47,553 nucleotides of DNA from a virus. Taxonomy: Duplodnaviria; Caudoviricetes. Shown here in pieces: positions 17,737 to 28,068 of the stretch. The translations under genes and the position numbers were made by a program. The stretch lies in the IMG/VR virus record IMGVR_UViG_3300048865_000014, positions 1 to 47,553 of that record, one strand, 5' to 3'. The notes under the pieces were generated by a model, which had not been told where the DNA came from, made no database searches, and worked only from the letters and a program-made list of their open reading frames with translations. How positions within the stretch are numbered: position 1 is the stretch's first letter; each line of letters opens with the position of its first letter.

Positions 17737-18089
17737 AAGGCCGCGCACCGTCCGCCGAACAGAAGCGGTTCCACGATCTTCTGGCTGCCGAGATTGGCTG
17801 CGTGGCATGCCGCATCGAAGGCATGTTCACAAGCTACGTTTCCATTCACCACTGCGACGGGCGAACCAAGCCATGCGCGCATTGGTTCGTGCTGCCTTTG
17901 TGTGGCCCGCATCATCAAGACCAGGGCATCCATGGCGTGATAGCCATCCACCCCTACAAAGCTCGCTTTGAGGCCCGGTATGGCAGCCAGCGAGCGCTAT
18001 TGGCTTGGTGCATCGAGATTCTTCAGGGGCGCGGTTTCTCGATCCCGGATGGGGCGCTGTCTGCCGCCGGAATGCTGGAGGCAGCATGA
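17733..18089 (+). CDS. Ref-family (recombination enhancement) HNH-like nuclease
   Basis: GCVAC..IHH..GRT...H..VLPLC..HH..IHP.K..FE..YG. Confidence 0.8.
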   Translation: MKGRAPSAEQKRFHDLLAAEIGCVACRIEGMFTSYVSIHHCDGRTKPCAHWFVLPLCGPHHQDQGIHGVIAIHPYKARFEARYGSQRALLAWCIEILQGRGFSIPDGALSAAGMLEAA

Positions 18090-18805
18090 ACTTCTACAAG
18101 CACTATATCGGTGACTTCCAGAGGGATACCGGCCACCTCTCGTTGACGGAGCGCGGAGCCTATCTAGCCCTGATTCATCACTACTACGCCACTGAACTAC
18201 CTCTTCCTAATGACTACGCGGCGTTATGCCGAATAGCGGGGGCTATCACCCCGACTGAGCAACGGGCTGTCAAGGTAGCCATGAAGTTCTTTACCGCAGT
18301 TGAGTCCGGTCTTATGCACAACCGGATCGAGGCCGAACTTGAAAAGGCAGGTAAGCAGGCAGACACGAACCGTCGTATCGCCATAGAACGAGAAGAGAGA
18401 CGAAGGGTTGCACGAGAACGGCACGAATCGTGCACGAATCGTGGTACGGATCGTGGAACGAAAGGTTTAACGAACGATCAACCTAACCAGACACCAGACA
18501 CCAATAAAGAAAAACATACGTCGGCTGACGCCTCCTTGCCTTCCCGTTTCCGAGAATTCTGGGAAACCTGGCCATCAACGGATCGCAAGGTGGCGAAGGC
18601 AAAGTGCGAGCAACGCTGGAAGGCGAGGAAGCTGGACACCGTTGCAGACCAAATCCTGGCTCACGTAGGAGCAATGAAGGGCTCCAAGGCATGGAAGGAA
18701 GGGTACGAACCTGCACCACTGACGTACCTGAACCAATCCCGCTGGGAGGACGGAGTTCATGCCGACCGAATTGAGGCTGACACCCCTTGGGCGGGGGCGA
18801 TATGA
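18086..18805 (+). CDS. Replication initiator (YdaU/DUF1376 family)
   Basis: NFYKHYIGDFQRDTGHLSLTERGAY..L; FREFWETWP..K; PLTYLNQSRWED. Confidence 0.88.
   Translation: MNFYKHYIGDFQRDTGHLSLTERGAYLALIHHYYATELPLPNDYAALCRIAGAITPTEQRAVKVAMKFFTAVESGLMHNRIEAELEKAGKQADTNRRIAIEREERRRVARERHESCTNRGTDRGTKGLTNDQPNQTPDTNKEKHTSADASLPSRFREFWETWPSTDRKVAKAKCEQRWKARKLDTVADQILAHVGAMKGSKAWKEGYEPAPLTYLNQSRWEDGVHADRIEADTPWAGAI
18411..18479. repeat. Iteron-like repeats, putative phage replication origin
   Basis: CACGAATCGTG x2 (18422, 18433) plus variants at 11-12 bp period inside the initiator gene. Confidence 0.65.
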
Positions 18806-19128
18806 ACGGCCAGAACGCGATCATCAGCCTTCGCCTGCGGGGTTACGCGCCTAGCGACGTATGGGTCATGGCTTTGGATGCCGAGCCACAGTACTTCGAA
18901 GCCACGCACCCTGAGAACCTGCTTGCAAACGGGTTCCTGGCCGAGATTGACGTACTGCCGACCGACAACCCAGCCACGCTCGATTTCCGCTGCCTGCGGG
19001 GGCTGACTGCCCACGTGGTAGGCGAGAACCCGCGGCGCGTCCGGGCGCTTTTCAATCGAATACAGCAGTTTGAGCCGGCTCAGGTACTGGCCGTGACGGA
19101 CGAGCTATTGCACTGGAAACCCGAATGA
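18802..19128 (+). CDS. Hypothetical phage protein
   Basis: ATGA overlaps on both sides. Confidence 0.7.
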   Translation: MNGQNAIISLRLRGYAPSDVWVMALDAEPQYFEATHPENLLANGFLAEIDVLPTDNPATLDFRCLRGLTAHVVGENPRRVRALFNRIQQFEPAQVLAVTDELLHWKPE

Positions 19129-20078
19129 GCAACGTACAAAAACTCATCATCCCCAACAGCTTCAACTTCCAGGAGTACATGGTTGACGCTGAACCCCAGG
19201 CCAAGGTTCTCTCCCCTGAAGCTTGGCGTGAGGAACTTGTGGAATCGACCCGAGGCGGCAGCAAAGTCTACGGTGCCGAGCTGCCCTGGGCAAAGACCCA
19301 TGACCACCTGCGTTTTCGCGGGGGGGAAGTAACGCTGTGGCAGGGCATCAACGGACACGGGAAGAGCCAGTTGCTGGGTCAGGCGACCCTTGGCTTCGCC
19401 CGGCAAGGGGAGGGCGTGTGCAACGCCAGCTTCGAAATGAAGCCCGTATCCACCCTCAAGCGGATGCTGCGGCAGGCTGCACGCAATGCTACCCCCAGCG
19501 AGTTGATGGCAAACCGCCTGATCGACTGGCTGGAGGGCAAGTACTGGCTCTACGACCAGCAAGGGCAAGTCAAGCCGGAAATGATGTACGCCGTCATTCG
19601 GTACTGCGCGCAGAAGCTGAAGATCAAGCACATCGTAATCGACAGCTTGATGAAGTGTGTTCGCGGGGAAGATGACTACAACGGTCAGAAAGACTTCGTG
19701 GACATGCTGACCACCTTGGCCCGGGACTACCAAGTCCACATTCACCTTGTCCACCACGTCCGGAAGGGCGAGAACGAGGACAAGGCCCCGGGGAAATTCG
19801 ACGCGAAGGGATCGGGCGCCATATCCGACCAGGTGGACCAAGTTCTCACCGTCTGGCGGAACAAGAAGAAAGAGCGCTTGGTGGAAAAGATTCTCCGCAC
19901 CCCGGGTGCCGTCATTGACGAGGAAACCCAATCGATGCCAGACGCCATGCTGATCTGCGACAAGAATCGGCATGGCGAATGGGAGGGCGGGGTCCAGCTT
20001 TGGTACGACCCGAAATCGCTGCAATACACCCCCGACAAACGCTGCATACCCTTGGATATGCTGGGAGAAGATCGATGA
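19125..20078 (+). CDS. DnaB-like (SF4) replicative helicase
   Basis: Walker A GINGHGKS, SFEM, IVIDSL, HLVHHVRK, KGSGAISD, KNRHG. Confidence 0.92.
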   Translation: MSNVQKLIIPNSFNFQEYMVDAEPQAKVLSPEAWREELVESTRGGSKVYGAELPWAKTHDHLRFRGGEVTLWQGINGHGKSQLLGQATLGFARQGEGVCNASFEMKPVSTLKRMLRQAARNATPSELMANRLIDWLEGKYWLYDQQGQVKPEMMYAVIRYCAQKLKIKHIVIDSLMKCVRGEDDYNGQKDFVDMLTTLARDYQVHIHLVHHVRKGENEDKAPGKFDAKGSGAISDQVDQVLTVWRNKKKERLVEKILRTPGAVIDEETQSMPDAMLICDKNRHGEWEGGVQLWYDPKSLQYTPDKRCIPLDMLGEDR

Positions 20079-20434
20079 CAACTAAACACGCTCATAGCGC
20101 TCGGACGGTCATTCTGGACCTGCTTGCGGACGGCCGAGGGCTGACAACGCAGCAAATCACGGAGGCGACCAAACTTAAGGCTACGACCGTATCGGGCACG
20201 CTCAAGGTCATGCGACGCGAGAAGGAGGTCTACGTGGACCACTGGGAGCAAACCGGGAGCGGTCGCAAGGACCGTGCGGTGTGGATGAGCGGGGACCTGG
20301 ACGATGCAGAACTTGAACGGCCGATCGCCCCTGCCGATATGTCGGCCATAGCCAAGTTGCGCGAGTTCTCTCAGCGGTTGGCCGTTGGCCCCTTCGCTAC
20401 AGCCATGTGGAACGTGGCGCAGGGGGCGCGGTGA
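20075..20434 (+). CDS. Winged-HTH protein
   Basis: ILDLL..GLTTQQITEATKLKATTVSGTLKVM. Confidence 0.65.
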   Translation: MTTKHAHSARTVILDLLADGRGLTTQQITEATKLKATTVSGTLKVMRREKEVYVDHWEQTGSGRKDRAVWMSGDLDDAELERPIAPADMSAIAKLREFSQRLAVGPFATAMWNVAQGAR

Positions 20435-20892
20435 AGCAAATGGGCGTCGATATGGATCCTATGGCGTCCCGCGGTCGGAGCGCCCGGCGAAAGGGGCACC
20501 AGTTTGAGCGTGACGTGGCGAACATGCTGACCGAGGCAACCGGCGCACTTTGGAAGCGCAAGGTTCGCCAGCATGGGAACGACAGCGACGTGGTTACCGA
20601 CTCGTTGGCATTTCAGCACGTCAGCATCGAATGTAAGCATGCTGATCGGCTGTGCCTACCTGCGTGGTGGAAGCAGGCGCAGACCCAGGCCGGCGAGAAA
20701 ATTCCCATGCTGGTCTACCGGCAGACTGGATGCCCATTGGCTGTGATCGTGGACGGGCACCACGTCAGCTCGACAACCTGGCCGGTTCGGGGTCGTAGCA
20801 AGCTGACCTTGGACTGGGAATCAGCAATGCAATGGCTACGGGAGTCTGCCAGGCGTACTCAATACGGCGATTGTGCCGTGCTAGGAGAGTGA
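20431..20892 (+). CDS. PD-(D/E)xK Holliday junction resolvase-like nuclease
   Basis: ARRKGHQFERDVA, SD, IECK, WWKQA. Confidence 0.8.
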   Translation: MKQMGVDMDPMASRGRSARRKGHQFERDVANMLTEATGALWKRKVRQHGNDSDVVTDSLAFQHVSIECKHADRLCLPAWWKQAQTQAGEKIPMLVYRQTGCPLAVIVDGHHVSSTTWPVRGRSKLTLDWESAMQWLRESARRTQYGDCAVLGE

Positions 20893-21099
20893 AATGTGGT
20901 GGCTTCTGATCAGCGCAGTCGTAGCGGTGGGGATCCTTGGCTACCTCATCGTGCGGGGATCGAAGCCATGACATGGCGAGAGCGCTGGCAAATGGGGGAT
21001 CCTGCCAAGGTCTACGAGCAGGTAGAGGCAGGCAGGCTGAGGCGGCAGCGCCGAGAGTTGAGGACAGACCCCTTCGGGGCGATTTGGAGAAAAGGGGAA

Positions 21100-21489
21100 A
21101 TGGTCATGACGCGGGACGAGAGCGAACAGATCGAGGAATTGCTATTGACCTGGTACTACTGGGCGCAGGCGCATCGGGAGCAACTAGGCTATAGCCGTGT
21201 ATCTCCTGGCTTCCAGAACGCCGAAAGCGGGGATGTATACGAGGACGAGGAAGAACGAGACGCCCGCCTCAACCGCTACGTCGCGGAGCAGGTCGATGTG
21301 TGCCTCGCGGTGCTGTCAACTGACCTGAAGGCCGCGGTTGGCCTGCATGTGGCGAATAAGGCCGCCGGCAACGACGTGTACCGCAATCCGCGCTGCACGC
21401 CGGAGGAACAACATCGACGCTACCAGGACGCTAAGCTGCAACTCATGCCGTCGTTGCGTCGTCGCAACCTAGTCAAAATCGCCGCGTAA
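21100..21489 (+). CDS. Probable Q-like late antiterminator/activator (alternative start 20968)
   Basis: IEELLLTWYYWA..LGY; last gene before terminator and late region. Confidence 0.55.
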   Translation: MVMTRDESEQIEELLLTWYYWAQAHREQLGYSRVSPGFQNAESGDVYEDEEERDARLNRYVAEQVDVCLAVLSTDLKAAVGLHVANKAAGNDVYRNPRCTPEEQHRRYQDAKLQLMPSLRRRNLVKIAA

Positions 21490-21561
21490 CCCATTGCGCT
21501 CGGGGACGGAATGGCCCATAATCGCACGCAAGGCGACTTCGCTCGCCCTAAAGAAACGTAG

Positions 21562-21592
21562 CCCGCCAATCGAAAGGTTGAGCGGGTTTTTT
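21562..21592 (+). terminator. Intrinsic terminator
   Basis: CCCGC...GCGGG followed by TTTTTT. Confidence 0.7.
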
Positions 21593-21683
21593 CATCTGTT
21601 GAGTTTGGTAGTGCCGGCAGGGAATTGCCAGTTGGCTTTCTCGATTGGTCGATTACACTTGTGCCACTTTTTAGGGGCCGCAA

Positions 21684-22121
21684 GTGACTATACGCATCGC
21701 TTTATTAGTGCTCGCCTTGACCTTGAGCGGGTGTTCGACGCGGCTGGCGTATTCGCCAAATAGTCTCAGTTCGAAGGCGGAAGCCGAGAAAACGCTGGAG
21801 CGCGTGCTGAGAGAGCAAACCGGTTCGGGATCAGCGCTGAGCGTGGAAGTAACTGCCCAATATTTCTCGACTACAGATCGGTTCGTTTATTCGAGTAAGG
21901 ACGAAAGCGGAAGCGGAGCAAGCGTGCAACCCGGGCGCTTTATCTACTTCGATAACATTGGGAAGATTGACTTCATCGAAAGGAAACGGTTCCTGTCGAG
22001 TAGAAGTACCTATATCGTTCGCGTTTATGACGTGGTCGGGTACCCGATCTTTACGTATGCTCACCACAACAAATCTAAGGCGGAGTTGTTCCTAGATTCG
22101 GTAGAGACGTTGCGGCGATAA
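21684..22121 (+). CDS. Lipoprotein (moron)
   Basis: IALLVLALTLSG-C lipobox; bracketed by terminators; lower GC. Confidence 0.75.
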   Translation: MTIRIALLVLALTLSGCSTRLAYSPNSLSSKAEAEKTLERVLREQTGSGSALSVEVTAQYFSTTDRFVYSSKDESGSGASVQPGRFIYFDNIGKIDFIERKRFLSSRSTYIVRVYDVVGYPIFTYAHHNKSKAELFLDSVETLRR

Positions 22122-22133
22122 GACGCGTTGTTC

Positions 22134-22170
22134 AAAGCCCCGACATGGAGAGATCCGGTCGGGGCTTTTT
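22134..22170 (+). terminator. Intrinsic terminator
   Basis: AAAGCCCCGAC...GTCGGGGCTTTTT. Confidence 0.75.
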
Positions 22171-22183
22171 CATTGGAGTGGCT

Positions 22184-22348
22184 ATGGCTGGAAGCTCTGC
22201 GCCGATGAAAGACAGGCTTGACCGCATCGAAGCCAAGCTAGACGCACTGCTCGCGGCTCTGGCCGAAGAGGACGAACAAGAAGCGCCAGCGCAGTCTCTG
22301 GATGGCGAATACGCTGGGCAAGAGCGGGACCAGAACCAACCGCTATGA
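22184..22348 (+). CDS. Small hypothetical protein upstream of HNH
   Basis: GGAG RBS, ATGA overlap with HNH gene. Confidence 0.5.
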   Translation: MAGSSAPMKDRLDRIEAKLDALLAALAEEDEQEAPAQSLDGEYAGQERDQNQPL

Positions 22349-22623
22349 GCTACGGCGAGGGAAGAGGCGGTAGACCGTGGCGCCGCCTGCGTGACCAGAT
22401 CATGGCGCGCGATGGCTACATGTGCCAGTGCGATAGATGCAAGGGCGTCAAACTGGTAGCCCACGAGGTAGACCACATCCTCCCGGTAGCAAAGGGCGGG
22501 ACGGATGATCCGAGCAACCTAAGGGCGATGCATCGAGACTGCCACGCCGAGAAGACGAAGCGTGAAGCAACGCCCGGGTACAGGCCCAGGGGTGCGGTAG
22601 GGGCGGATGGTTGGCCCGTCTGA
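22345..22623 (+). CDS. Packaging-associated HNH endonuclease (HK97 gp74-like)
   Basis: WRRLR..IMARD.Y.CQC, EVDHILP...GGTDD.SNLR.MHRDCH..KT; upstream of terS. Confidence 0.9.
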   Translation: MSYGEGRGGRPWRRLRDQIMARDGYMCQCDRCKGVKLVAHEVDHILPVAKGGTDDPSNLRAMHRDCHAEKTKREATPGYRPRGAVGADGWPV

Positions 22624-22844
22624 GCGCCTTGCACGGTGTAAGCCTTATACGGTGTAAGCGCCCAAAGAGCGCGCAACCATGGCTGAAAAAATGCCGATAC
22701 GAGAAGTCTTGGTGGAAAAAAATATTGGGATACGGCAAGGGAGGGGTGGGCAAAAAGTTCGGAGCTTCCACCCTGGACACCCGCCGCTCCCCTCTTTTTT
22801 CATAAACGTCCAGAAAAAAAAATCGGGACACAGTAAGGATTGAA
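22624..22844. other. Probable cos packaging region
   Basis: Non-coding gap between HNH and terS with several A-tracts and a GGGAGGGG...CCGCCGC...CCCCTC arrangement; position typical of HK97-like cos phages; cut site not determinable. Confidence 0.5.
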
Positions 22845-23291
22845 ATGGGCACTCGTGGCCGGAAATCGACAGCAGAAATGACTGTCGCGGCCCAAGTTGC
22901 GTCTATTTCCAGCGCTGACCGGCTCCAAGCCCCGGTACATATGACGGACGCCGAGCGCAGCGTCTGGCTGGAAGTCGTGAATGACCAGCCAGCAAGCGCA
23001 TTCACTCCAGTCCATGGCCCGCTGCTGGAGCAGTACTGCCGGCACATCGTCCAAGCCAGGCTGCTCGCCGACGAGATCATGAGTTTCGACCGAGCGTGGC
23101 TTGCCGACGACGACGGCCTGAAGCGCTACGACCGGTTGCTTGCGATGCAGGAGCGGGAAGGCCGCGCTGCGTCCTCGCTGGCTACTCGGCTGCGGATCAC
23201 ACGGCAGGCGACTGCGGACCCTAAGACTGTGGGCCGGGCAAATAGCCGCCAAAGTAAGGCAAGGAAGCCGTGGGAACTGGTCGAAGACTGA
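22845..23291 (+). CDS. terS: Terminase small subunit
   Basis: MGTRGRKS, P.HMT..E...W, LLEQYC, LATRLRIT; upstream of terL. Confidence 0.85.
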   Translation: MGTRGRKSTAEMTVAAQVASISSADRLQAPVHMTDAERSVWLEVVNDQPASAFTPVHGPLLEQYCRHIVQARLLADEIMSFDRAWLADDDGLKRYDRLLAMQEREGRAASSLATRLRITRQATADPKTVGRANSRQSKARKPWELVED

Positions 23292-24793
23292 CCCGCGGCG
23301 AGCGCAATATTGCGTGGATCGAGCAGACCTGCAGAATCCCAGAAGGCAAGTTCGTCGGCAAACAGGTCAAGCTGACGAAGGCACAGAAGGGGTGGATAAA
23401 GGCGATCTACGACACGCCGACGCGGATGTTCATCCTGTCGATGGCGCGGAAGAACGCCAAAACGGCGACTGCGGCGTTCCTACTGCTGCTGCACACCTGC
23501 GGCCCGGAAGCTCGGCCAAACAGTCAGCTATACAGCGCTGCGCAGTCGAGGGAGCAGGCCGCAATTCTGTTCGCTCTGGCCGCCAAGGTGGTGCGAATGT
23601 CGCCGGACCTGAGCGAATATGTGGTGATTCGGGACACTGCAAAGCAGTTGTTCTGCCCTGAACTGGGCACGCTGTACCGGGCGCTGTCAGCCGAGGCGAG
23701 TACGGCCTACGGGCTCTCCCCGGTCTTCACAGTGCATGACGAGTTGGGTCAGGTCAAAGGGCCTCGTTCCGAGCTGTACGAGGCGCTGGAAACCGCCTCA
23801 GCGGCCCAGGAGGCCCCGCTGTCGATCATTATCAGCACGCAGGCCCCTACCGATGCGGACCTGTTGAGCCTGCTGATTGACGATGCCCGAACGGGGGCGG
23901 ATCCCCGAAACAAGGTGGTGCTTCACACGGCCCCCTTGGATGCGGACCCGTTCAGCGAGGAAACGATCCGGCTGGCGAATCCGCACTACGACGAGTTCAT
24001 GAACAAGGATGAGGTAAAGCGCCAGGCGTCAGATGCCAAGCGCATGCCAAGCCGAGAGGCGGCATACCGGAACCTGATCTTGAACCAGCGGGTAGAGGCC
24101 AGCAACCCGTTCATATCCCGCTCGGTGTGGGAGGAAAACGGCGCGCAGCCGGACAGCCTGGAAGGCAAGACGGTCTACGGCGGTCTGGACTTGTCCAGCG
24201 TATCGGACTTGACCGCCCTGGTCCTCGTCTCGGAAGACGGTGACGTTCACCCCACGTTTTGGTTGCCCGGCGAAGGCTTGGCCGAGAAGGCCAGGAATGA
24301 TCGAGTCCCATACGACGTATGGGCCGACGAGGAATTGTTGCTGACCACGCCAGGCCGGGCCATTGAGTACGAGTACATCGCCTATCACCTGCGGGAAGTG
24401 TTCGACAGCTATCACGTCCGGGCACTGGCTTTCGACCGATACAACATGCGCTTCCTGAAGCCCTGGCTTGAGCGGGTGGGATTCACCGAGGAAGAACTAG
24501 AGCGGTTTATTGAGTTCGGCCAGGGGTTTGTCTCGATGAGCCCGGCGATTCGAGAGTTGGAAAGCCGCCTGCTGGCGAAGAAGCTGAAGCACGGCAAACA
24601 CCCCGTACTGACGATGTGCGCGGCAAATGCCGTGGCGGTTTCCGATCCGGCGGGTAACCGGAAATTCACGAAATCAAAGGTGTCTGGCCGGATTGACGGC
24701 ATGGTTGCCCTTGCCATGGCACTGGGCGTTATGCCGAGCGCGGAAGCCGCCGAAGACATATCAGCCTTCCTGGCTGATCCAATTTTCATCTGA
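23270..24793 (+). CDS. terL: Terminase large subunit
   Basis: MARKNAKT Walker A variant, VHDELG Walker B, GGLDLSSVSDLTA, RIDGMVAL. Confidence 0.96.
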   Translation: MGTGRRLTRGERNIAWIEQTCRIPEGKFVGKQVKLTKAQKGWIKAIYDTPTRMFILSMARKNAKTATAAFLLLLHTCGPEARPNSQLYSAAQSREQAAILFALAAKVVRMSPDLSEYVVIRDTAKQLFCPELGTLYRALSAEASTAYGLSPVFTVHDELGQVKGPRSELYEALETASAAQEAPLSIIISTQAPTDADLLSLLIDDARTGADPRNKVVLHTAPLDADPFSEETIRLANPHYDEFMNKDEVKRQASDAKRMPSREAAYRNLILNQRVEASNPFISRSVWEENGAQPDSLEGKTVYGGLDLSSVSDLTALVLVSEDGDVHPTFWLPGEGLAEKARNDRVPYDVWADEELLLTTPGRAIEYEYIAYHLREVFDSYHVRALAFDRYNMRFLKPWLERVGFTEEELERFIEFGQGFVSMSPAIRELESRLLAKKLKHGKHPVLTMCAANAVAVSDPAGNRKFTKSKVSGRIDGMVALAMALGVMPSAEAAEDISAFLADPIFI

Positions 24794-24798
24794 GGACC

Positions 24799-26088
24799 AT
24801 GAGCGAAACCAAAACCAAACCACCTGGGCGCTTCAAATCGAGCGTCTTGAAGTGGCTCGGCGTGCCGATTTCGCTCACCGATGGCTCATTCTGGCAGAGC
24901 TTCTACGGGACGGACTCTTATGCAGGGAAGGCCGTCACGGTTAACTCGGCCTTGCAGTTGTCTACCGTGTGGGCGTGCGTGAACCTGCTGTCGCGCACGG
25001 TGTCCACGCTGCCATTGAATGTCTATCGACGCCTAGAAGACGGCGGGCGGGAGGTGGCGCGGGAGCATGCCTTGTATGGGCTGCTACACAACCAGCCGAA
25101 CGCCGACATGACCGCCGCTGTCTTTCGGCTTGTGATTCTGGCTCACTTGCTGCTCTGGGGAAATGCGTACGTAGAGAAGGCGTTTTCAGCGGGTCGGCTA
25201 GTTGCCTTGACGCCCCTCCTGCCAGGTTGCGTTGAGAAGAAGCGGCGCGACAACGGCGCCTTCTTCTACGTCTACACAGACCAGAAGCAAGGAAAGCGGC
25301 GGGAGATTGACGAGCGGCACATGATGCATATTCCGGCATTCACGATGGACGGGTTGATTGGTCTGTCGGTGATTGGCTGCGCCAGGCAGATATTCGGCAA
25401 CGCCATGGCGGCCGAGGAAGCGGCAGGAAAGACGTTCGCCAACGGCATGAAATCGTCCGGGCTCGTGACGATGGATACGTTGCTGAAGCCGGACCAGCGC
25501 GAGGACGTACGCCAACACGTGAAGAAAGTCTCCGCTGACGGCGGCGTGATGGTGTTGGAGAAGGGTTCGGACTTCAAACAGTTGTCCATGAACCCACAGG
25601 ACGCCGAGCTCCTGGCTACCCGAGAATTCGGAGTAGAGGAAATCTGCCGCTGGTACGGGGTTCCGCCCCATATGGTGGGCCACACCGGGAACTCCACAAG
25701 CTGGGGATCCGGCTTGGAGCAACAGGTACTGGGCTTCCTGACCTTCTCGCTCCAGCCCTGGCTCACGCTGATAGAGCAGCAGATGAACAAGGATCTGCTG
25801 CTGCCCCAGGAGCGCTCGGATTACTACGTCGAGCATGTAGTGGAAGGCCTGATGCGCGCCGATTCGGCCGGTCGGGCCGCTTATTACAGCCAAATGGCGC
25901 AAAACGGTGTCATGACCCGCGAAGAGATCCGAAACAAGGAGAACCTGCCGCGTATGGACGGCACCAACGTTCTGACTGTGCAGTCGAACCTTACGCCGCT
26001 GGACAAATTAGGACAGACGCCGGCCGCAGCGAAAGCGCGGGATGCGATCAAGGAATGGCTCAACGAGGGCAAAACAGATGAAGCGTAA
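24799..26088 (+). CDS. Portal protein (HK97 family)
   Basis: ALQLSTVWACV, LLLWGNAY, DAELLATR, ICRWYGVPP, TREEIR..ENLP. Confidence 0.96.
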   Translation: MSETKTKPPGRFKSSVLKWLGVPISLTDGSFWQSFYGTDSYAGKAVTVNSALQLSTVWACVNLLSRTVSTLPLNVYRRLEDGGREVAREHALYGLLHNQPNADMTAAVFRLVILAHLLLWGNAYVEKAFSAGRLVALTPLLPGCVEKKRRDNGAFFYVYTDQKQGKRREIDERHMMHIPAFTMDGLIGLSVIGCARQIFGNAMAAEEAAGKTFANGMKSSGLVTMDTLLKPDQREDVRQHVKKVSADGGVMVLEKGSDFKQLSMNPQDAELLATREFGVEEICRWYGVPPHMVGHTGNSTSWGSGLEQQVLGFLTFSLQPWLTLIEQQMNKDLLLPQERSDYYVEHVVEGLMRADSAGRAAYYSQMAQNGVMTREEIRNKENLPRMDGTNVLTVQSNLTPLDKLGQTPAAAKARDAIKEWLNEGKTDEA

Positions 26089-26764
26089 ATCCGCCACGAT
26101 GCAGGTTCGCTCGTTCGACTACGAGATCAAGGCCGTCAAAGATGACGGCCTTTTTTCTGGCTACGGCTCGGTGTTCGGGAATGTCGATTCGTACCGGGAA
26201 ACCGTAGCGGCTGGCGCCTTTGCAGAATCCCTGGCCGAGACGCGGGCGAAGGGACGGACGTTCCCGGTCCTGTGGCAGCACCGCAGCGGTGAGCCTATTG
26301 GGAACTGGGACATCGAGTCTCTGAAAGAGGACGACCACGGGCTATTCGGGGAAGGCGAGTTATGGCTGGGTGACGCTCCGTACGCGAAGGTGGCGCACCG
26401 GGGCATGAAGTCCAAAGCGATTACCGGGCTGTCCATTGGCTACTACGTCCGTGAGGACTCGTTCGATGAGAAAACCCGGATCCGCACGCTGAAGAAGGTG
26501 GATCTGGTCGAAATCTCCATTGTGACGAACCCCGCCAACGATGATGCCCGGATCGATGCGGTGAAGGCCATGATTGCCAGTGGAAACCTTCCCACCATCA
26601 AAGAATTTGAGCAGATCCTGCGCGAGGCAGGGTTTTCCAAATCTCACGCTGCGGTGATCGCTAACCGCGGCCTGAGTCATTTGCTTCGGAGTGAGTCCGA
26701 GGAAAAAGCGAGCACCGAGGCGTTGATTCAACAGATCGCGTCCTTCTCACTTCCGAAACTTTGA
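26078..26764 (+). CDS. Prohead maturation protease (HK97 family)
   Basis: FSGYGSVFGNVDS, LWQH, GLSIGY, EISIVTNPAN. Confidence 0.95.
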   Translation: MKRKSATMQVRSFDYEIKAVKDDGLFSGYGSVFGNVDSYRETVAAGAFAESLAETRAKGRTFPVLWQHRSGEPIGNWDIESLKEDDHGLFGEGELWLGDAPYAKVAHRGMKSKAITGLSIGYYVREDSFDEKTRIRTLKKVDLVEISIVTNPANDDARIDAVKAMIASGNLPTIKEFEQILREAGFSKSHAAVIANRGLSHLLRSESEEKASTEALIQQIASFSLPKL

Positions 26765-26775
26765 GGAAAACTCAG

Positions 26776-28017
26776 ATGAATACCGTATTTGACCGCGCCA
26801 TGCAGCGCAAGAGCGGCGCCGAACGTGTAGGCGACCAGATGGAACTGAAGGCCATCATGGAGGCCTTGGCCCAACGGGACGCCGAGATCAAGGCGTTCTG
26901 CGAAAAGGCGAGTACCGAAATTGCGTCTACCGGAAAGATCGCCAATGACACCAAGGCCGCCATTGAGCTCTTGACCAAATCCGGCAGCGATTTGACCGCC
27001 CGCCTGGCGGAGGTAGAGCAGAAACTGGCCCGCGGCACCTACGGCGGCGACCAAGAGGTGAAGTCCTACGGCGAAATGCTCACCGACTCCGATGACTTCA
27101 AGGCGCTGGCCTCCAAGGGGCGCGGAACCGCCCGCTTGAACGTCAAGGCCGTGACCAACATCACGAGTTCCACTACTGGCACCGGCGGCGTGGGCGTAGC
27201 CATCCAGCCGACGCGCGTCCCCGGGATCATCAACGGCCCGGATCGCCCGTTTACCATCCGCGACCTCATCATGCCCGGCCGCACCAACTCCAACGCCGTG
27301 GAGTTCGTCCAGGAGTCTGGGTTCCAGAACATGGCGGCGATGGTCGCGGAAGGCGCGGCGAAGCCGCAGTCCGACCTGTCTTTCGAGCTGAAAACCACGG
27401 CGGTTCGTACGCTGGCTCACTGGTTCCGGGCCTCGAAACAGGTCCTGGCGGACATTCCGCTGCTCCAAAGCTACATCAACGGTCGTGCCATCTACGGCTT
27501 GAAGTATGTGGAAGAGGCGCAGATCCTGGCCGGCGATGGGACGGGTCAGAACCTGCTCGGCATCATCCCGCAGGCGACGGCTTTCGATGACGGTCTGCGC
27601 CAGGCTGGCGACACTCCTATCGACACGTTGCGCCGAGCCATCCTGCAAGTTCGCATCGCGGAGTACCGCGCGACCGGCATCGTCCTGAACCCGACCGACT
27701 GGGCGGATCTGGAGCTCCAGAAGGACTCCACCGGACAGTACATCTGGGTCAACGTGCAGGAGGGCGGAGTTCAGCGCATGTGGCGCCTGCCCGTAATCGA
27801 CACCAACGCCATGCCGGCCGGCGAGTTCCTGGTGGGCGCATTCGACATGGCGGCTCAGGTGTTCGACCGTGAAGACGCCGGCGTCGAGGTCTCGACCGAA
27901 GACGCAGACAACTTCACCAAGAACATGGTGACCATTCGTGCTGAGGAACGCCTAGCCCTGGCGGTTTACCGGCCGGAGTCGTTCGTTCACGGCGAGTTCG
28001 CAGCGCCGACGCCCTAA
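26776..28017 (+). CDS. Major capsid protein (HK97 fold with delta domain)
   Basis: Coiled-coil N-terminus, VAEGAAKP, GDGTGQNL.GI, FTKNMVTIRAEERL. Confidence 0.96.
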   Translation: MNTVFDRAMQRKSGAERVGDQMELKAIMEALAQRDAEIKAFCEKASTEIASTGKIANDTKAAIELLTKSGSDLTARLAEVEQKLARGTYGGDQEVKSYGEMLTDSDDFKALASKGRGTARLNVKAVTNITSSTTGTGGVGVAIQPTRVPGIINGPDRPFTIRDLIMPGRTNSNAVEFVQESGFQNMAAMVAEGAAKPQSDLSFELKTTAVRTLAHWFRASKQVLADIPLLQSYINGRAIYGLKYVEEAQILAGDGTGQNLLGIIPQATAFDDGLRQAGDTPIDTLRRAILQVRIAEYRATGIVLNPTDWADLELQKDSTGQYIWVNVQEGGVQRMWRLPVIDTNAMPAGEFLVGAFDMAAQVFDREDAGVEVSTEDADNFTKNMVTIRAEERLALAVYRPESFVHGEFAAPTP

Positions 28018-28068
28018 GCAGGCAGGGGCCGCTGGTTCGCTAGCGGCCCCATCGTCAGGAGATACCAG

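Noticed and set aside
23441-23464. TerL Walker A reads ARKNAKT rather than GRKNGK(T/S), suggesting possible inactivation
   Set aside because: The catalytic Lys-Thr and the rest of the gene are intact; best treated as a natural variant
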